NCBI GenBank assembly: GCA_030390025.1
Contig: CM059432.1
Coordinates: 140,370,001-140,434,000 of the forward strand
From: Squalus acanthias
Taxonomy: Eukaryota
Direction of reading: 5' to 3'
Length of the DNA: 64,000 nucleotides
The position numbers and the translations under genes are program-made. How positions within the stretch are numbered: position 1 is the first letter of the stretch; the number at the start of each line of letters is the position of its first letter. This document shows positions 12,647 to 23,849 of this stretch, one piece after another. The notes beneath the pieces are model-generated. The model did no database searches, was not told the origin of the DNA, and saw nothing but the letters and a program-made list of their open reading frames with translations.

Positions 12647-13495
12647 CTGTGAACCCGGCACTCTGACCTCTGAACTTGATTTCCCAGTCTGCCCTCTCAT
12701 TAAGTGAGGCATTGAACCAGGAACATCAACTGTGACTCTGGGTAGCACTCTTGCATCTGAGTCAGAAGGCTGTGGGTTCTTAAGGAACATAAGAACATCA
12801 AGATTAGGAGCAGGAGTAGGCCATACGGCCACTCGAGCCTGCTCTGCCATTCAACAAGATCATGGCTGATCTTTGGCCTCAACTCCACTTCCCGCCCGAT
12901 CTCCATATCCCTTGATTCCCCTAGAGTCCAAAAATCTATCGATCTCTGTCTTGAATATACTCAATGATTCAGCATCCACAGCCCTTTGGAATAGAAAATT
13001 CCAAAGATTCACAACCCTCTGAGTGAAGAAATTCCTCCTCATCTCAGTCCTAAATGGTCGATCCCTTATCCTGAGACTATGCCCCCTAGTTCTAGACTCT
13101 CAAAGTAGAGGAAACAACCTCTCAGCATCTACCCTGTCAATCCCCTTCAGAATCTTGTATGTTTCAATGACATCACCTCACATTCTTCTAAACTCCAGAG
13201 AGTATAGGCCCAATTGACTCAATCTCCTCATAGGACAACACTCTCATCCCAGGAATCATTCTAGTGAACCTTCGTTGTACCGCTTCTAAGGCAAGTATAT
13301 CCTTCCTTAGATAAGGAGACCAAAACTGTGCACAGTACTCCAGGTGTGATCTCACCAAAGCCCTGTAAAATTGTAGCAAGACTTCCTTACTCTTGTACTC
13401 CAACCCCCTTGCAATAAAGACCAACATGCCATTTGCCTTCCTGATTGCTTGCTGTACCTTCATGCTAACTCTGTGTTTCCTGTACGAGGACATCT

Positions 13496-15016
13496 AGGGG
13501 GAAAAATTCAGTTGATTAGCACCTCCCATTAGTGCCAGCAGCTGGTGCTAACGGGGCGCTGATGCAGTAGCGCCAGGGTGAGGCTAATCTAGCGACGCAC
13601 AGCAAATCCGGTCCCCCCGTTGCGCCGCCGGTACGAGGTACCGCCGGGGACTTCAACACCAGGCAGATCATGACGTCAGTGAACATGCAACACTCACTGG
13701 GCGCCCGACCTGCAAAATTTATTTTCGCCACCTACCTTATCGCCTCGACCAGACAGCGACAGGGAGAGGAGGCGTGAAGCAGTCGGTAGTCGGTATTTAA
13801 AGGGATCATGAGTAATGAGTCAGAGCTGTCAGGTTCGTGGAGTTTCAGTGCTTTCGTGTCAGTTTGACATTGTGTAACAGTTTAATTGAGTAATTTAAAG
13901 GTTCTTTTGTATCAGGAGTGTTGTGGCAACTAAAAAGTAGTTACAGTTATTCATAAAAAATATCAAAGTGCTACACTTGGCTTACATTAATGGGGGCTGT
14001 ACTGACAATCTACCTGGCCCTCCAGGATCGACTGCGGAGGGAGTGGAGGCAGCGAGAAAGACTGGAACATGTGGCCAGAGGGAGGAGGAGGGCCATCAGG
14101 GCGCTCAACAGGAGGCCTTACCCTCCGAGGGTATTCCGACAGCACTTCTCCTACCTTCAATGAAGCGAGGAGCAGTATATTAGAGGGCTCTTCATCACCA
14201 AGGTGGTGGTCACAGAACTCTGCCACATCCTCCAAACAGACTTCCAGCCTCACACCAGGATGACTTAAACCCCAGATCCCTTTTGCTCACCACATGCCCA
14301 TCATACCATCCCTGTGTCATGCCATATCACAACGTCCTCCTGGGCGCAAAGTTGAAATGGGAGAGACCACAAAATATTGCAAACTCCATGAATAAATTTA
14401 TGCATAAACATATCACACATATCACAATCATTCCAACAACTAATGACCCTTGCGCCTGCCATAGTTGAATAGCTTTCATTGTGTGCAAGGCGTGAGATGT
14501 GGGTGTGAGTGTTGGTAGGTAGAGATTGTTTGGTGGGTGAGCGCTGGGGGTCTGGTGCTTTGGGCAGTGTGTGAAGCCTGTGGTACAGATGGTGGTATGT
14601 AGCATTTGTTGAAGCATTCAATCACCCTGACCACCCGACTGAGGTGGATCTGCCATGAGCACACCTGCTTCATTCCTCCGGCTCCTTCTCCTTGTTGTGC
14701 TTCTGTTTGCTGAGGCATCCTCACAGCCAGCAATGCTGAGAATGAGGTGCTGCAGCATCAATGAACCTCCCCTTTAAGTACATGGGAGAAGCCTGTGGCA
14801 ATGATGAGTTGCAATTAGACTGCACCCAATATTGGTCCACCCTTTGAGTGTAACACCCCTGAGCTAGGCCTTTAAGACTTGAATTAGCGCCCCAATCATT
14901 TCTATGAGCAGTGAGAATGAATTTTGCCTGTAGCCTAAAACATTAGCGCCTGGCACTAACTCTCCAGCTTTTCTAATGTTACTGCCCATTCCTGGGCTAT
15001 AATGAATTTCTAGCCC
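13496..15016. mobile_element. Harbinger deletion derivative (family A)
   Basis: TIRs GGGGGAAAAATTCA / TGAATTTCTAGCCC, flanks CTA/TTA; TAGCGCC subterminal motifs; transposase N-terminal relic (RPYPPRVFRQHFSYL..TELCHILQ) ~14060-14260; Myb exon-1 relic (LSRVVR) on - strand ~14625-14750. Confidence 0.8.
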
Positions 15017-15387
15017 TTAAATCTCTCTGAACACCAACATTTAATAGTTTCACTCCATTTAAAAAATATGGGGGAAAAATTTGGTTGGTTATCGCCTCCC
15101 GTTTGTGCCTTTGGGGGGGGGGGGGCGATAATGGGGCGCTAGGAACTTAGCGCCCGAACGTGGCGGGTTTAGCGCCGCTCGCGAAATTGCCCAGACGTTT
15201 TGAAGCGGCGCTAAACACTACCGCCACGATCTCCTGCGCCCACAGATTGTGATGTCAGTCGAGCGTGCAATGCCCCGGTAGTGCCCCGGACTGGATATTG
15301 AGTCGCGCCCCCTTCCTTTCCGCCTGCCGCTAGGAACGACAGGTAGAGGGGAACGTTTTGCAGTCGGGAAGGGGCTGGAGGAGGGCT

Positions 15388-15395
15388 ATTTAAAG
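15388..15395 (+). promoter_or_regulatory. TATA-like box upstream of Harbinger transposase
   Basis: TATTTAAA(GG) at the equivalent position in related copies (~13794, ~21724, ~40560). Confidence 0.4.
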
Positions 15396-15564
15396 GCGGC
15401 CGCTTCCTGCCTTTTCTTGCCGGCGAAATTTTTGTACCACGCATTCTGAGAGGCAGAGAGACGTCTGGAGAGATTCAACGCTGTGTGAAGGAGTTTTGGG
15501 TGCTGAACAGCACTTTGGAGGTTAATTTTTATTTCACCTTCATTCCAGCGATTTAGAAGAGACT

Positions 15565-16635
15565 ATGAGGGCTGCACTGACTCGGGGCGTCGTCCTGCAC
15601 CTGTAGAATTGGAGTCAGCAAAGGCGCAGAGAGAGAGTGGCAAACATGGCCAGAGGGAGGAGGGCCAACAGGCCTCTGCACAGGAGACCTTACCCTCTGA
15701 GGGTATTTAGGGAGCAGTTCTCATGCCTTCATTTGTCTGAGGAGCAGTGTTTCCACAGGCTGCGCTTCAGCAAGGAGGTGGTCACTGAGCTCTGCCACCT
15801 GCTGCAACCAGATCTGCAGCCTCAACTGAGGACCAGGACGTCTCTGTCGGTGGCAGTGAAGGTCACAGTGGCTCTGAATTTTTATGCCAGCGGCTCCTTT
15901 CAAGCTTCTACTGAGGACATCGCCGATATCTCCCAGTTCGCTGTCCATTGTAGTATCCGGGAGGTGACAAATGCCCTGTATAAAAGGAGACGCGAGTACA
16001 TCGCTTTCCCCATGACCCGGGGCAAGCAGCGCGAACGCGCATGTGGCTTTGCTAGGATAGCGGGCTTCCCCATGGTGCAGGGCGCCATTGACTGCACGCA
16101 TGTGGCATTGCGGGCACCGCATGAAATGCAGAGGTATTCCGAAACCGCAAGGGCTACCACTCCTTAAATGTACAGTTGGTGTGTTACAACACACAGCTCA
16201 TACTCGCCGTTAATGCCCGCTATCCTGGCAGCAGCCACGATGCTTTCATCCTGCGCCAGACTGTTGTATCAGACGTTTTCCAGACGGTATAATGAGAGCC
16301 ATAACGCCACCAGGAACACCATTGAGCAGACGATCGGCGTGCTGAAGCAACAATTCCGCTGTCTGGACCTCTCAGGAGGAGCCCTGCAGTACTCTCCTGA
16401 GCGAGTCTCCCTGTTCATAGTTGTGAGCTGCATGCTTCACAACCTGGCAATCCTCAGGACCCAGCCATTACCACCAGGGATTGGTGCACCACCCGAGGAG
16501 GAGGAGGAAGAGGGAGACGAAGAGGAGGAGGAGGAGGATGAGGAGGAGGATCAGCAGCACCAACGTGGGAGGGAGGCGCACAATGTTGCCAGTGCAAGGG
16601 CCGTCCGTGAACGGCTGATAAGAAGCCGCTTCTAG
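15565..16635 (+). pseudogene. Harbinger (HARBI1-like) DDE transposase, inactivated
   Basis: LNFYASGSFQ, GFPMVQGAIDCTHV, RNRKGYHSLNVQ, YPGSSHDAFIL (shifted frame), RNTIEQTIGVLK..FRCL, CMLHN; early stop, frameshift ~16125, deletion ~16282 removing the GDxGY motif. Confidence 0.92.
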
Positions 16636-16750
16636 GCCCTTACTGAGAAGATGGCTTCTGGCATGGAGAACAACATCATGGAAAGCATCCCGCACTCCCT
16701 ATTGCCGGCCAAAGCTGGAATGATTCAGAAGAACAAAAATGTAAATATTG

Positions 16751-16770
16751 AATAAAAAAACTTATTTATT
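16751..16770. terminator. Convergent polyadenylation signals of the two Harbinger genes
   Basis: AATAAA (+) at 16751-16756 and TTTATT (AATAAA on -) at 16765-16770, between the two stop codons. Confidence 0.5.
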
Positions 16771-16912
16771 TTACAAACACTGTGTGTGTCACTTATTCAG
16801 GACAAACAATTAGAAACCAACACAACAAATCATGAATTAACAGAACTCGTTGTCACAACATGGAGATAAACGGCAAAACAGTAAACAAATGTAATCACAC
16901 GAACCTCGACCT

Positions 16913-19744
16913 TTACCACAAACATTCCCCACATTTATTTACACATCCTACTGTTTGCCCTTCGAGGGTGATCTCCATCCCCATGCGCACTTCCCCCCTT
17001 CCCACCCTACTGCTCCTCCGTAATGGGGCCCCAGTGGCTGCAGCAAGGCTGGCGGAAGGCTGCTCAATGCTGGATCCAGAGACTGCAGATGCCCTTGAAG
17101 GACGCCCTCGACCAGCTCTGGGCCTGGAGGGCCCGGCTGCAGACTGCACCAACTCTGCATGGGCGGCAGCAGTCTGGGCTGGCTGTGTTGCAGGCGGTGG
17201 CAAGTGCAATGGGGAAGTGCCAGTGGTGGGAGCAGGAATGTTGTCATCCTGAGAGAGGACAGCACCTTCCTGCTCGACCGACACACTGGCACTCCCACGG
17301 GGCAGTACCTCAGCATCCGGAGCAAGCTGCTCGAGCACAGATTGCTGGCCTGCTGCGGCACCGTGAGAGCCCCGGGGCAATGTGGCCGGCCCAGTGAGGA
17401 TGGCAGCAGTCAGTGCTTGCGTGACATCAATCTGAGACTGCATGAGAGCAGTCTGAGACTGGATGGCACCAGCCAATGACTGAATTACAGCACTAAGCCA
17501 TTGCGTTGCGTCGGCCTGTGCTGCAGCGGACTGCTCCACACTCCTTGCCAGTCCATCAATGCTTTTGGGCACCCATGAGCTCAAGGCCTGGCTATTCATG
17601 GCCGCGATGGCGCGGTCCTCATCTGAATCCTGTGCAGCAGGACTCGCTTGCCTACTCACCCTCCGGGGAGCTGGCCCCCGAGCTTCTCTACCCCCATGGT
17701 GTTGCTGCAGCCCGCTGGGTCCAGGAGCTTCACCCTCATCAGACCCTACTCCCCTGCTCCCCTCCAGGGAAGGAGTGGCCCCAATGTCGGAATTGGCTCC
17801 CTCGGGAGACATAGGCGGTGAGGCTCCGGCTTCCTCTTTCTCCTTGTCTGGAGCATCGCTGCCACTGGCAGGTTGAGGGACAGGCTGGTCAGCTGATGGT
17901 TCACTATCTGGAAGCAGGAAGGTACAAGAGTGGCTTTAGCGTGAGGACAGGGGGCCAGTAAGGGAGCAAGGACTGGAGACAGAAACGATAGCAAAATACT
18001 GCAGATGCTGGAAATCCGAAATAACAACAGAAAATGCTGGAAAAACTCAGCAGGCCAGGCAGCATCCGTGGAGAGAGAAAGAGAGTTAACGTTTCAGGTC
18101 AAAGACCTTTCGTCAGAACTGGAAAAAAGCAGGAAATGGGAACAGATTTTAAAGCAAGTTTAGGGCTGGGAAATGGGGGAGGGGATGAAAGAACAAAAGG
18201 GAAGGTCTGTGATAGGATAGAAAGCAGGAAAGATTAAGAGACATTGAGAGACATTAAGAGATATTCAAGGCAAGAGGAGGTGGAAATGGGACAGGTTGAG
18301 GAACAAAGGATGGCTCTAGATGAAGTGTGAATTGCGCTGGCAGAATGAAGGACAGCTGCCGTGTGGGAGGGAAGAAAAAAAGGCCAAACAAAAAGTGTGG
18401 ATAAAAAAATAAAATAAAAATATATATATATGTGATGGGGGCCGGGTTTTATGATCTGAAATTGTTGAACTCCATGTTGAGTCCAGAGGGCTGTAAAGTG
18501 CCTAATCGAAAGATGAGGTGCTGTTCCTCGAGCTTACGTGGAGCTTCCGTGGAACAGTGTAATAGGCCGAGGACGGTGAGGTCAGACTGGGAGTGGAGCG
18601 GCGAATTAAAGTGACAGGCCACCGGGAGCTCGGGGTCCCCCTTACGGACTGAACGGAGGTGTTCCGCAAAGCGGTCACCCAATCTGCGTTTGGTCTCCCC
18701 AATGTCGAGGAGACTGCATCGTGAGCAGCGAATACAGTATACTAAATTGCAGGAAGTACAAGTAAATCGCTGTTTCACCTGGAAGCAGGACTTGCTTGCT
18801 TACTCACCCTCTGGGGAGCTGGCCCCTGAGCTTCCCTACCCCCATGGTGTTGCTGCAGCCCGCTGGGTCCAGGAGCTTGGCCCTCATAAGACCCTACTCC
18901 CCTGCTGGTGACAGAAAGTTGGATTGAAAGTGTCAAAGGCTGGTGTTGTGAGGGGCAAGTGGTATGAGAGAGGAGAGAAAGCTGATGACTGTCCCCAAGG
19001 GGGTCGACCTCTCCAGCGGCCACGGCACCTATCACCTGGCTGGCAACGATCCTGTGCACGCGCGCCTCCAAATCGCTCAGAGGGTGTAGGTCAGCCGGTC
19101 CTCCTCCCGTGCGTTGCTGCTCCCGCCTGTTATGAGAGAGCTTGGCCTGCAAGAAAAAGGACGGCGTCTGAGTGAGTGTGCAGCCATGTGACTGACTGAT
19201 GTGCCTCCCATAGTTGAATAGCCCTTAATGTATGCAGCCATGTGCTTGCCTGATGTGCCTCCCATAGTTGAATAGCCCTTAATGTATGCAAGGTGTGGAA
19301 TGTGCGTGTGTCTTCTATGAGATGGCCATAGGTCTTGGATGAGTGCTGTGCATGTGGGATTTTAAAGCCTCTGGCCACAGAGTGAAGTTGAGATGGAGGG
19401 ATGTAGAGGTATTGAAAAGCACTCACCCTCACGACCCGAGTGAGGTCATTGAACTTCTTCCGACATTGAGTGTGACTCCTCGGCACCAGGTTCCTCGAGG
19501 AGACGTGCTGAGCCACCTCCCTCCACACTCTTCGGTACTCCCGGGGCAATGGCCTCCTGCCACTCTCTGGGTACATCACTGCCTGTCGTCGCTCGACAGC
19601 GCCAACCAGAGCCACCAAGGCCTGGTCGCTAAAGCGCTGAGCTCTCTCCCTGGGCCTATCCATCACTCCTCTCAGCACAATGGTGGTAGGTCTTTCCAGC
19701 ACCAGAGTCAACGCTACAATGAGAAGGGTGTGGCTGGCTAGCAA
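16913..19744 (-). CDS. Harbinger Myb/SANT-like DNA-binding protein, 3 exons (~19661/19744-19427, 19146-~18990, 17907-16913)
   Basis: RAQRFSDQALVALV...WREVAQHV...RSHTQCRKKFNDL (MSANTD/NAIF1-like), then AKLSHNRREQQRTGGGP; GTGAGT donor 19426-19421, polypyrimidine-CAG acceptors; exon-2 donor not canonical. Confidence 0.75.
17986..18904 (-). mobile_element. Penelope-like element family B 3' fragment in Harbinger Myb-gene intron 2
   Basis: ORF 18449-18778 CTSCNLVYCIRCSRC..IGETKRRLGDRFAEH..GLN (GIY-YIG); TSD CTGG(A/T)GACAGAAA at 17973-17985 and 18905-18917. Confidence 0.88.
18084..18120 (-). ncRNA. Minimal hammerhead ribozyme (PLE family B)
   Basis: Reverse complement AGTT CTGACGA A AGGTC TTT GACCT GAAA CGTT AACT. 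Confidence 0.8.
19179..19289. repeat. Two copies of a 54-bp tandem repeat in Myb-gene intron 1
   Basis: GCAGCCATGTG..CTGATGTGCCTCCCATAGTTGAATAGCCCTTAATGTAT repeated. Confidence 0.9.
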
Positions 19745-20187
19745 GATGGACCCTCCCCTTTGAGAACTGGCCGGCGCCAGTCTGTCTGGGTTCCATTGCT
19801 AACTGACATCACCTGAGCTTCGCCAGCGTTCTGAGGTAGCGCCTCGCTCCTCGACGTTAGCGCCTTAAGAGAGGTGTGTAGCGCTTGATTTAGCGCTCAA
19901 ATCACCTCCAGGGGCGATAGAGGCGAATTTTGCAGTTGGAGGCGACAATTAGCGCCAGGCGCTAAACTTTGCGCCCGGCCGATAATAGCACCCCAAAATG
20001 GGCGATACCCAATTTTTCCCCCATTCTGCTTTTCTCTTCTTCCTACCAAAGTGAATAACCTCACATTTACCCACATTATACTCTATCTGATACCTTCTTG
20101 TGCACTCATTTAACCTGTCTCGTTGTGTGCTCCTCACAGCTTACTTTCCCACCTAGCTTTGTATTGTCAGCACACTTGGATGCATTA

Positions 20188-20501
20188 GGGCAACACGGTG
20201 GCATAGTGGTTAGCACTGTTGCCTCACAGCGCCAGGGACCCGGGTTCGAATCCGGCCTCGGGTGACTGTTTGTGTGGAGTTTGCACATTCTCCCCGTGTC
20301 TGTGTGGGTTTCCTCCGGGTGCTCCGGTTTCCTCCCACAGTCCAAAAATGTGCAGGTTAGGTTGATTTGGCTATGATAAATTGACCCTTAGTGTTAGGGG
20401 GGATTAAATACGTGGGGTTACAGGGATAGGGTGGGATATGTGTCGGTGCAGGCTCGATGGGCTGAAATGGCCTCTATCTGCACTGTGGGGATTCTGTGAT
20501 T
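20188..20501 (+). mobile_element. HE1-type V-SINE
   Basis: tRNA head (GGTGGCATAGTGG, GGTTCGAATCC), V-domain GTGGAGTTTGCACATTCTCCCCGTG..GGGTTTCCTCCGGGTGCTCCGGTTTCCTCCCAC, CR1-like tail. Confidence 0.9.
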
Positions 20502-20836
20502 ACATGCGGTCCCTTCATCTAAGTCATTAATATGGATTGTAAATAGCTGAGGCCCAAGCACTGATCCTTGTGGCACCTCACTTGTTACACCCTGCCAACC
20601 TGAAAGTCCCACTCCAGAGACTTGAGCACATAATCTAGGCTGACACACCTAGTGAGGGAGCGCTGCACCTTCGGAGGTGCCGTCTTTCGGATGAGATGTT
20701 AAACCGAGGCCCCGTCTGCCATCTCAGGTGGATGTAAAAGATCCCATAGCACTATTTGAAAGAAGGGTAGGCCTGAGAGTGTAGTACTGCACTGTAGCGT
20801 CAGCCTAGATTTTGTAGCAATTCACCTCAAAGTTCC

Positions 20837-21185
20837 TAGAATCATAGAATCATACAACACAGGAGGCCATTCGGCCCATCCTGCCTGTGCCGGCTCTTTG
20901 AAAGAGCTCTCCAATCAGTCCCTTTCCCCATTGACCTGCAAATTGTTTCCTTTTCAAGTATTTCTCCAATTCTCCTTTTGAAAGTTACTATTGAGTCTGC
21001 TTCCACCGCCCTTTCAGGCAGTGCATTCCAGATCATAAAAACTCACTGCGTAAAAAAAACTTCTCCACATCTCCCCCTCTGGTTCTTTTGCCAATTACCT
21101 TAAATCTGTGTCCTCTGGTTACCGACCCTGCTGCCAGTGGAAACAGTTTCTCCTTATTTACTCTATCAACACCCTTCATAATTTT
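20837..21185 (-). mobile_element. CR1 3' fragment
   Basis: IWNALPERAVEADSI; (AGAATCAT) tail. Confidence 0.85.
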
Positions 21186-21282
21186 GTACAGTTCCTGAAT
21201 CTTGTTTTTATGTTTGGGGTGGGGTGGGGGTGCTGGGGAATCGGTGCCCTCTTATCAACTAACCTCTGGCAAAGTGTAATTA

Positions 21283-22340
21283 TGATGCGGAGATGCCGGT
21301 GTTGGACTGGGGTGGACAAAATTGAGAGGTCGCACAACACCAGGTTATAGTCCAACACTTCACCCGACGAAGGAGCAGCGCTCCGAAAGCTCGTGATTTC
21401 AAATAAAACTGTTGGGGGTAAAAATTCAGTTGGTTGCGCCTCCCGTTAGCGCCTTAAGAGGGCGCTAATGGGGCGCAAAGCCGCTAACGCCCGGGCGCAG
21501 CGATGTTTGCGCCGCTCGGGAACTTAACTTGACATTGTGCGGCGGCGCTAAAACTTACCGCTGCGACCACCTGCGCGCACAGATTGTGATGTCATTCCAT
21601 GGTGCAACGCCCTTGTGGCGCCCCGGAGCGGAAATTGAGTGGCGACCCCTGCCTTACCGCCTGGCGCTTCCAACGACCAGAAGACTGGAACGCTATCAAT
21701 CGCTGTGGGGCTGGGGGGGGCGCTATTTAAAGGGGGCCTCTTCCTGTCTTTTATTGTTGGTGGCATTTTTGAACTACGCATTCTGAGAGAGAGAGGGAGA
21801 GACTTCTGGAGAGATTCAACGTTGTGTGAAGGAGTTTTGGGTACTGAGCAGCACTTTGCAGGTTCATTTTGATTTGCCATTCCTTGTATCGATTTAGCAG
21901 AGACTGTGGGAGCTGCACTCTGAGCTCTTTGCCTGGTACTCTCCATTGTTCTTCCCAGCACATTTGATGTGCAAGTCTCTCCAGGCCGAGATTCAAGGCT
22001 GCAATGAACAGGATGTGGATGGAAAGCAAGATTAACCATCCCCTTTAAGAACTGGCCCGTGCCATTGTGTGTGTGTTCCATTGCTGACTGACATTACATG
22101 AGCTTCGCCAGCGCTCCGAGTTAGCGCCTCACTGCTCGGCCTTTGCGCCTTAAGACAGGTGTGCAGCGCCTGCTTTAGCGCTCCACTCACCTCCCGGGGC
22201 GGTAAAAGTGAAGTTTCCAGTCAGTGCCGATAATTAGCGCCAGGCGCTAATATTTGCGTCCAGACGATATTTGCGCCCCAAATGGGGCGCGACCTAATTT
22301 CTACCCCTTGGACTATAACCTGGTGTTGTGCGACCTCTCA
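21283..22340. mobile_element. Partly palindromic Penelope family A insert, split by Harbinger MITE
   Basis: TSD AAAGTGTAATTA at 21271-21282 and 22341-22352; hammerhead at 21360-21396 with CCGACGA core mutation. Confidence 0.8.
21415..22307. mobile_element. Harbinger family B MITE
   Basis: TIRs GGGGTAAAAATT / AATTTCTACCCC, exact 3-bp TSD TTG; both ends homologous to 15070-20022. Confidence 0.92.
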
Positions 22341-22766
22341 AAAGTGTAATTACCCACTGAGCCGTCTTTGTTTGCCAAAGCACAATGTGGCAATTAAAGA
22401 AAAATGGGCTGTAATCTATTTGTTCACAGTTCATTGTCATGGGCACAGAACCACGATGACTCCCAGTACCTTCAGGCACTTTGGGGCTCGTCGGGTTAAT
22501 ATTTTAATGCCTTCATTTGAATTGATTCCTGCTTTGCAGCCACGTGCTAGAATTGCAGAGTTAATTTACACCCACCCCGCATCCCGAGAGAAACAATAAA
22601 TCATTTGTTTCAATTACAAATGTTGTGTATATGGACTTTCAAAAGGCGTTTGATGAAGTACCACATAATAGACTTGTTAGCAAAATTGCTGCCCGTGGGA
22701 TTAAATGGGCAGTGGCTGCATGGATACCAAATTGGATAAGAGACAGAAAGCAGAGAGTAGTGGTGA

Positions 22767-23170
22767 AATAACAACAGAAAACGCTGGAAAAACTCAGCAG
22801 GCCAGGCAGCATCCGTGGAGAGAGAAACAGAGTTAACGTTTCAGGTCGAAGACCTTTCGTCAGAACTGGAAAAGAGCAGGAAATGAAATAGATTTAAAGC
22901 AAGGATAAAGCTGGGAAAAGGGGGAGGGGAAGTTCCGTCGAAGAGAAGAGCAGAACTTCTTCAAGGTAGGCATTCCTAGAAGAGAGGTGGCAGTGGACCA
23001 AACACTAATACGATAGCAAAATACTGCGGATGCTGGAAATCCGAAATAACAACAGAAAACGCTGGAAAAACTCAGCAGGCCAGGCAGCATCCGTGGAGAG
23101 AGAAACAGAGTTAACGTTTTAGGTCGATGACCTTCGTCAGAACTGGAAAAGAGCAGGAAATGAAATAGAT
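22767..23170 (-). mobile_element. Penelope family B tandem pseudo-LTRs
   Basis: Direct repeats 22767-22893 and 23045-23170 matching the 18020-18150 region, separated by ORF-start-like MPTLKKFCSSLRRNF. Confidence 0.85.
22831..22867 (-). ncRNA. Hammerhead ribozyme (second copy at 23109-23144 has GAAA->AAAA)
   Basis: Reverse complement AGTT CTGACGA A AGGTC TTC GACCT GAAA CGTT AACT. Confidence 0.8.
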
Positions 23171-23461
23171 TTGGTTTTTCCAGACTGGAGGGAGGTATAC
23201 AGTGGTGTTCTCCAGGGGTCGGTATTAGGACCACTGCTCTTTTTGATATATATTAAAGACCTTTGACTTGGGTGTACAGGGCATAATTTCAAAGTTTGCA
23301 GAGGACACGAAAGGTAGCTATTACAGAGGAGGATAGTAACAGACTTCAGGAGGACACATAGACACACTGGTGAAATGGGCAGTCACACTGGTGGGTGCAC
23401 TGTAACGCAGTGTGAAGTGATACATTTTGGTAGGAAAAATGAGGAGAGGCAATATAAACTA

Positions 23462-23713
23462 CAGTAAACTCTTTCGTATCCGGCACCGACGGGACCGGGA
23501 TGGTGCCGGTTGATTAAAAATTCCGGATGACAGAGAGGTAGGCAATTTTTAACACAAAAAAAATTAAAAACCAGTGATTAACTCGGCCACCGCGGGAAAC
23601 TCGGACTCGGAAAAACGAAAAATGGATGGATTCGGCAAGATTACCGGCTATCTATTTTGCCGGTTATTAAAGAATTCCGGTTGATTAGGTGCCGTTTAAA
23701 CGAGAGTTTACTG
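23462..23713. mobile_element. Tc1/mariner-pogo (Tigger-like) MITE
   Basis: TIRs CAGTAAACTCT / AGAGTTTACTG, TA TSD; removal restores CR1 AATATAAACTAAATGG. Confidence 0.88.
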
Positions 23714-23849
23714 TAAATGGTACAATTTTAAAGGGGGTGCAGGAACAGGGAGACCTGAGGGTTTATGCACACAAATCTTTGAAGGTGGTGGGGCAAGTTG
23801 AGAAGGCTGTTAAAAAGGCATGTGGGGTCCTTGGCTTTATAAATAGAGG

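Larger units (their letters stand above)
15070..20022. mobile_element. Near full-length PIF/Harbinger DNA transposon (family B)
   Basis: Perfect 12-bp TIRs GGGGGAAAAATT / AATTTTTCCCCC, many TAGCGCC/GGCGCTA subterminal motifs, two convergent genes. Confidence 0.93.
12785..20604 (-). mobile_element. CR1 LINE in four pieces (12785-13495, 15017-15069, 20023-20187, 20502-20604)
   Basis: Pieces are collinear with the uninterrupted CR1 at 44311-45495. Confidence 0.85.
12735..20770 (+). mobile_element. DeuSINE-like SINE split by ~7.8 kb of nested insertions (halves 12735-12784 and 20605-20770)
   Basis: Head ends GGCTGTGGGTTC..AAG and resumes AAGTCCCACTCCAGAGAC as in intact copies. Confidence 0.75.

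Noticed and set aside
19179..19289. CRISPR-like repeat-spacer array
   Set aside because: Two-copy tandem duplication without unique spacers, in a eukaryotic context
15565..19744. Domesticated host genes HARBI1 / NAIF1
   Set aside because: Enclosed by TIRs, inserted in a CR1, transposase disrupted, MITE relatives nearby: a transposon copy
20188..20262. tRNA gene
   Set aside because: A/B boxes belong to the HE1 SINE head; the same applies to the DeuSINE heads
21548..22081. Recurrent ORFs (also 40537-40917, 50627-51259) as a gene family
   Set aside because: Lie inside MITE copies, frames not consistently maintained, no recognisable domain
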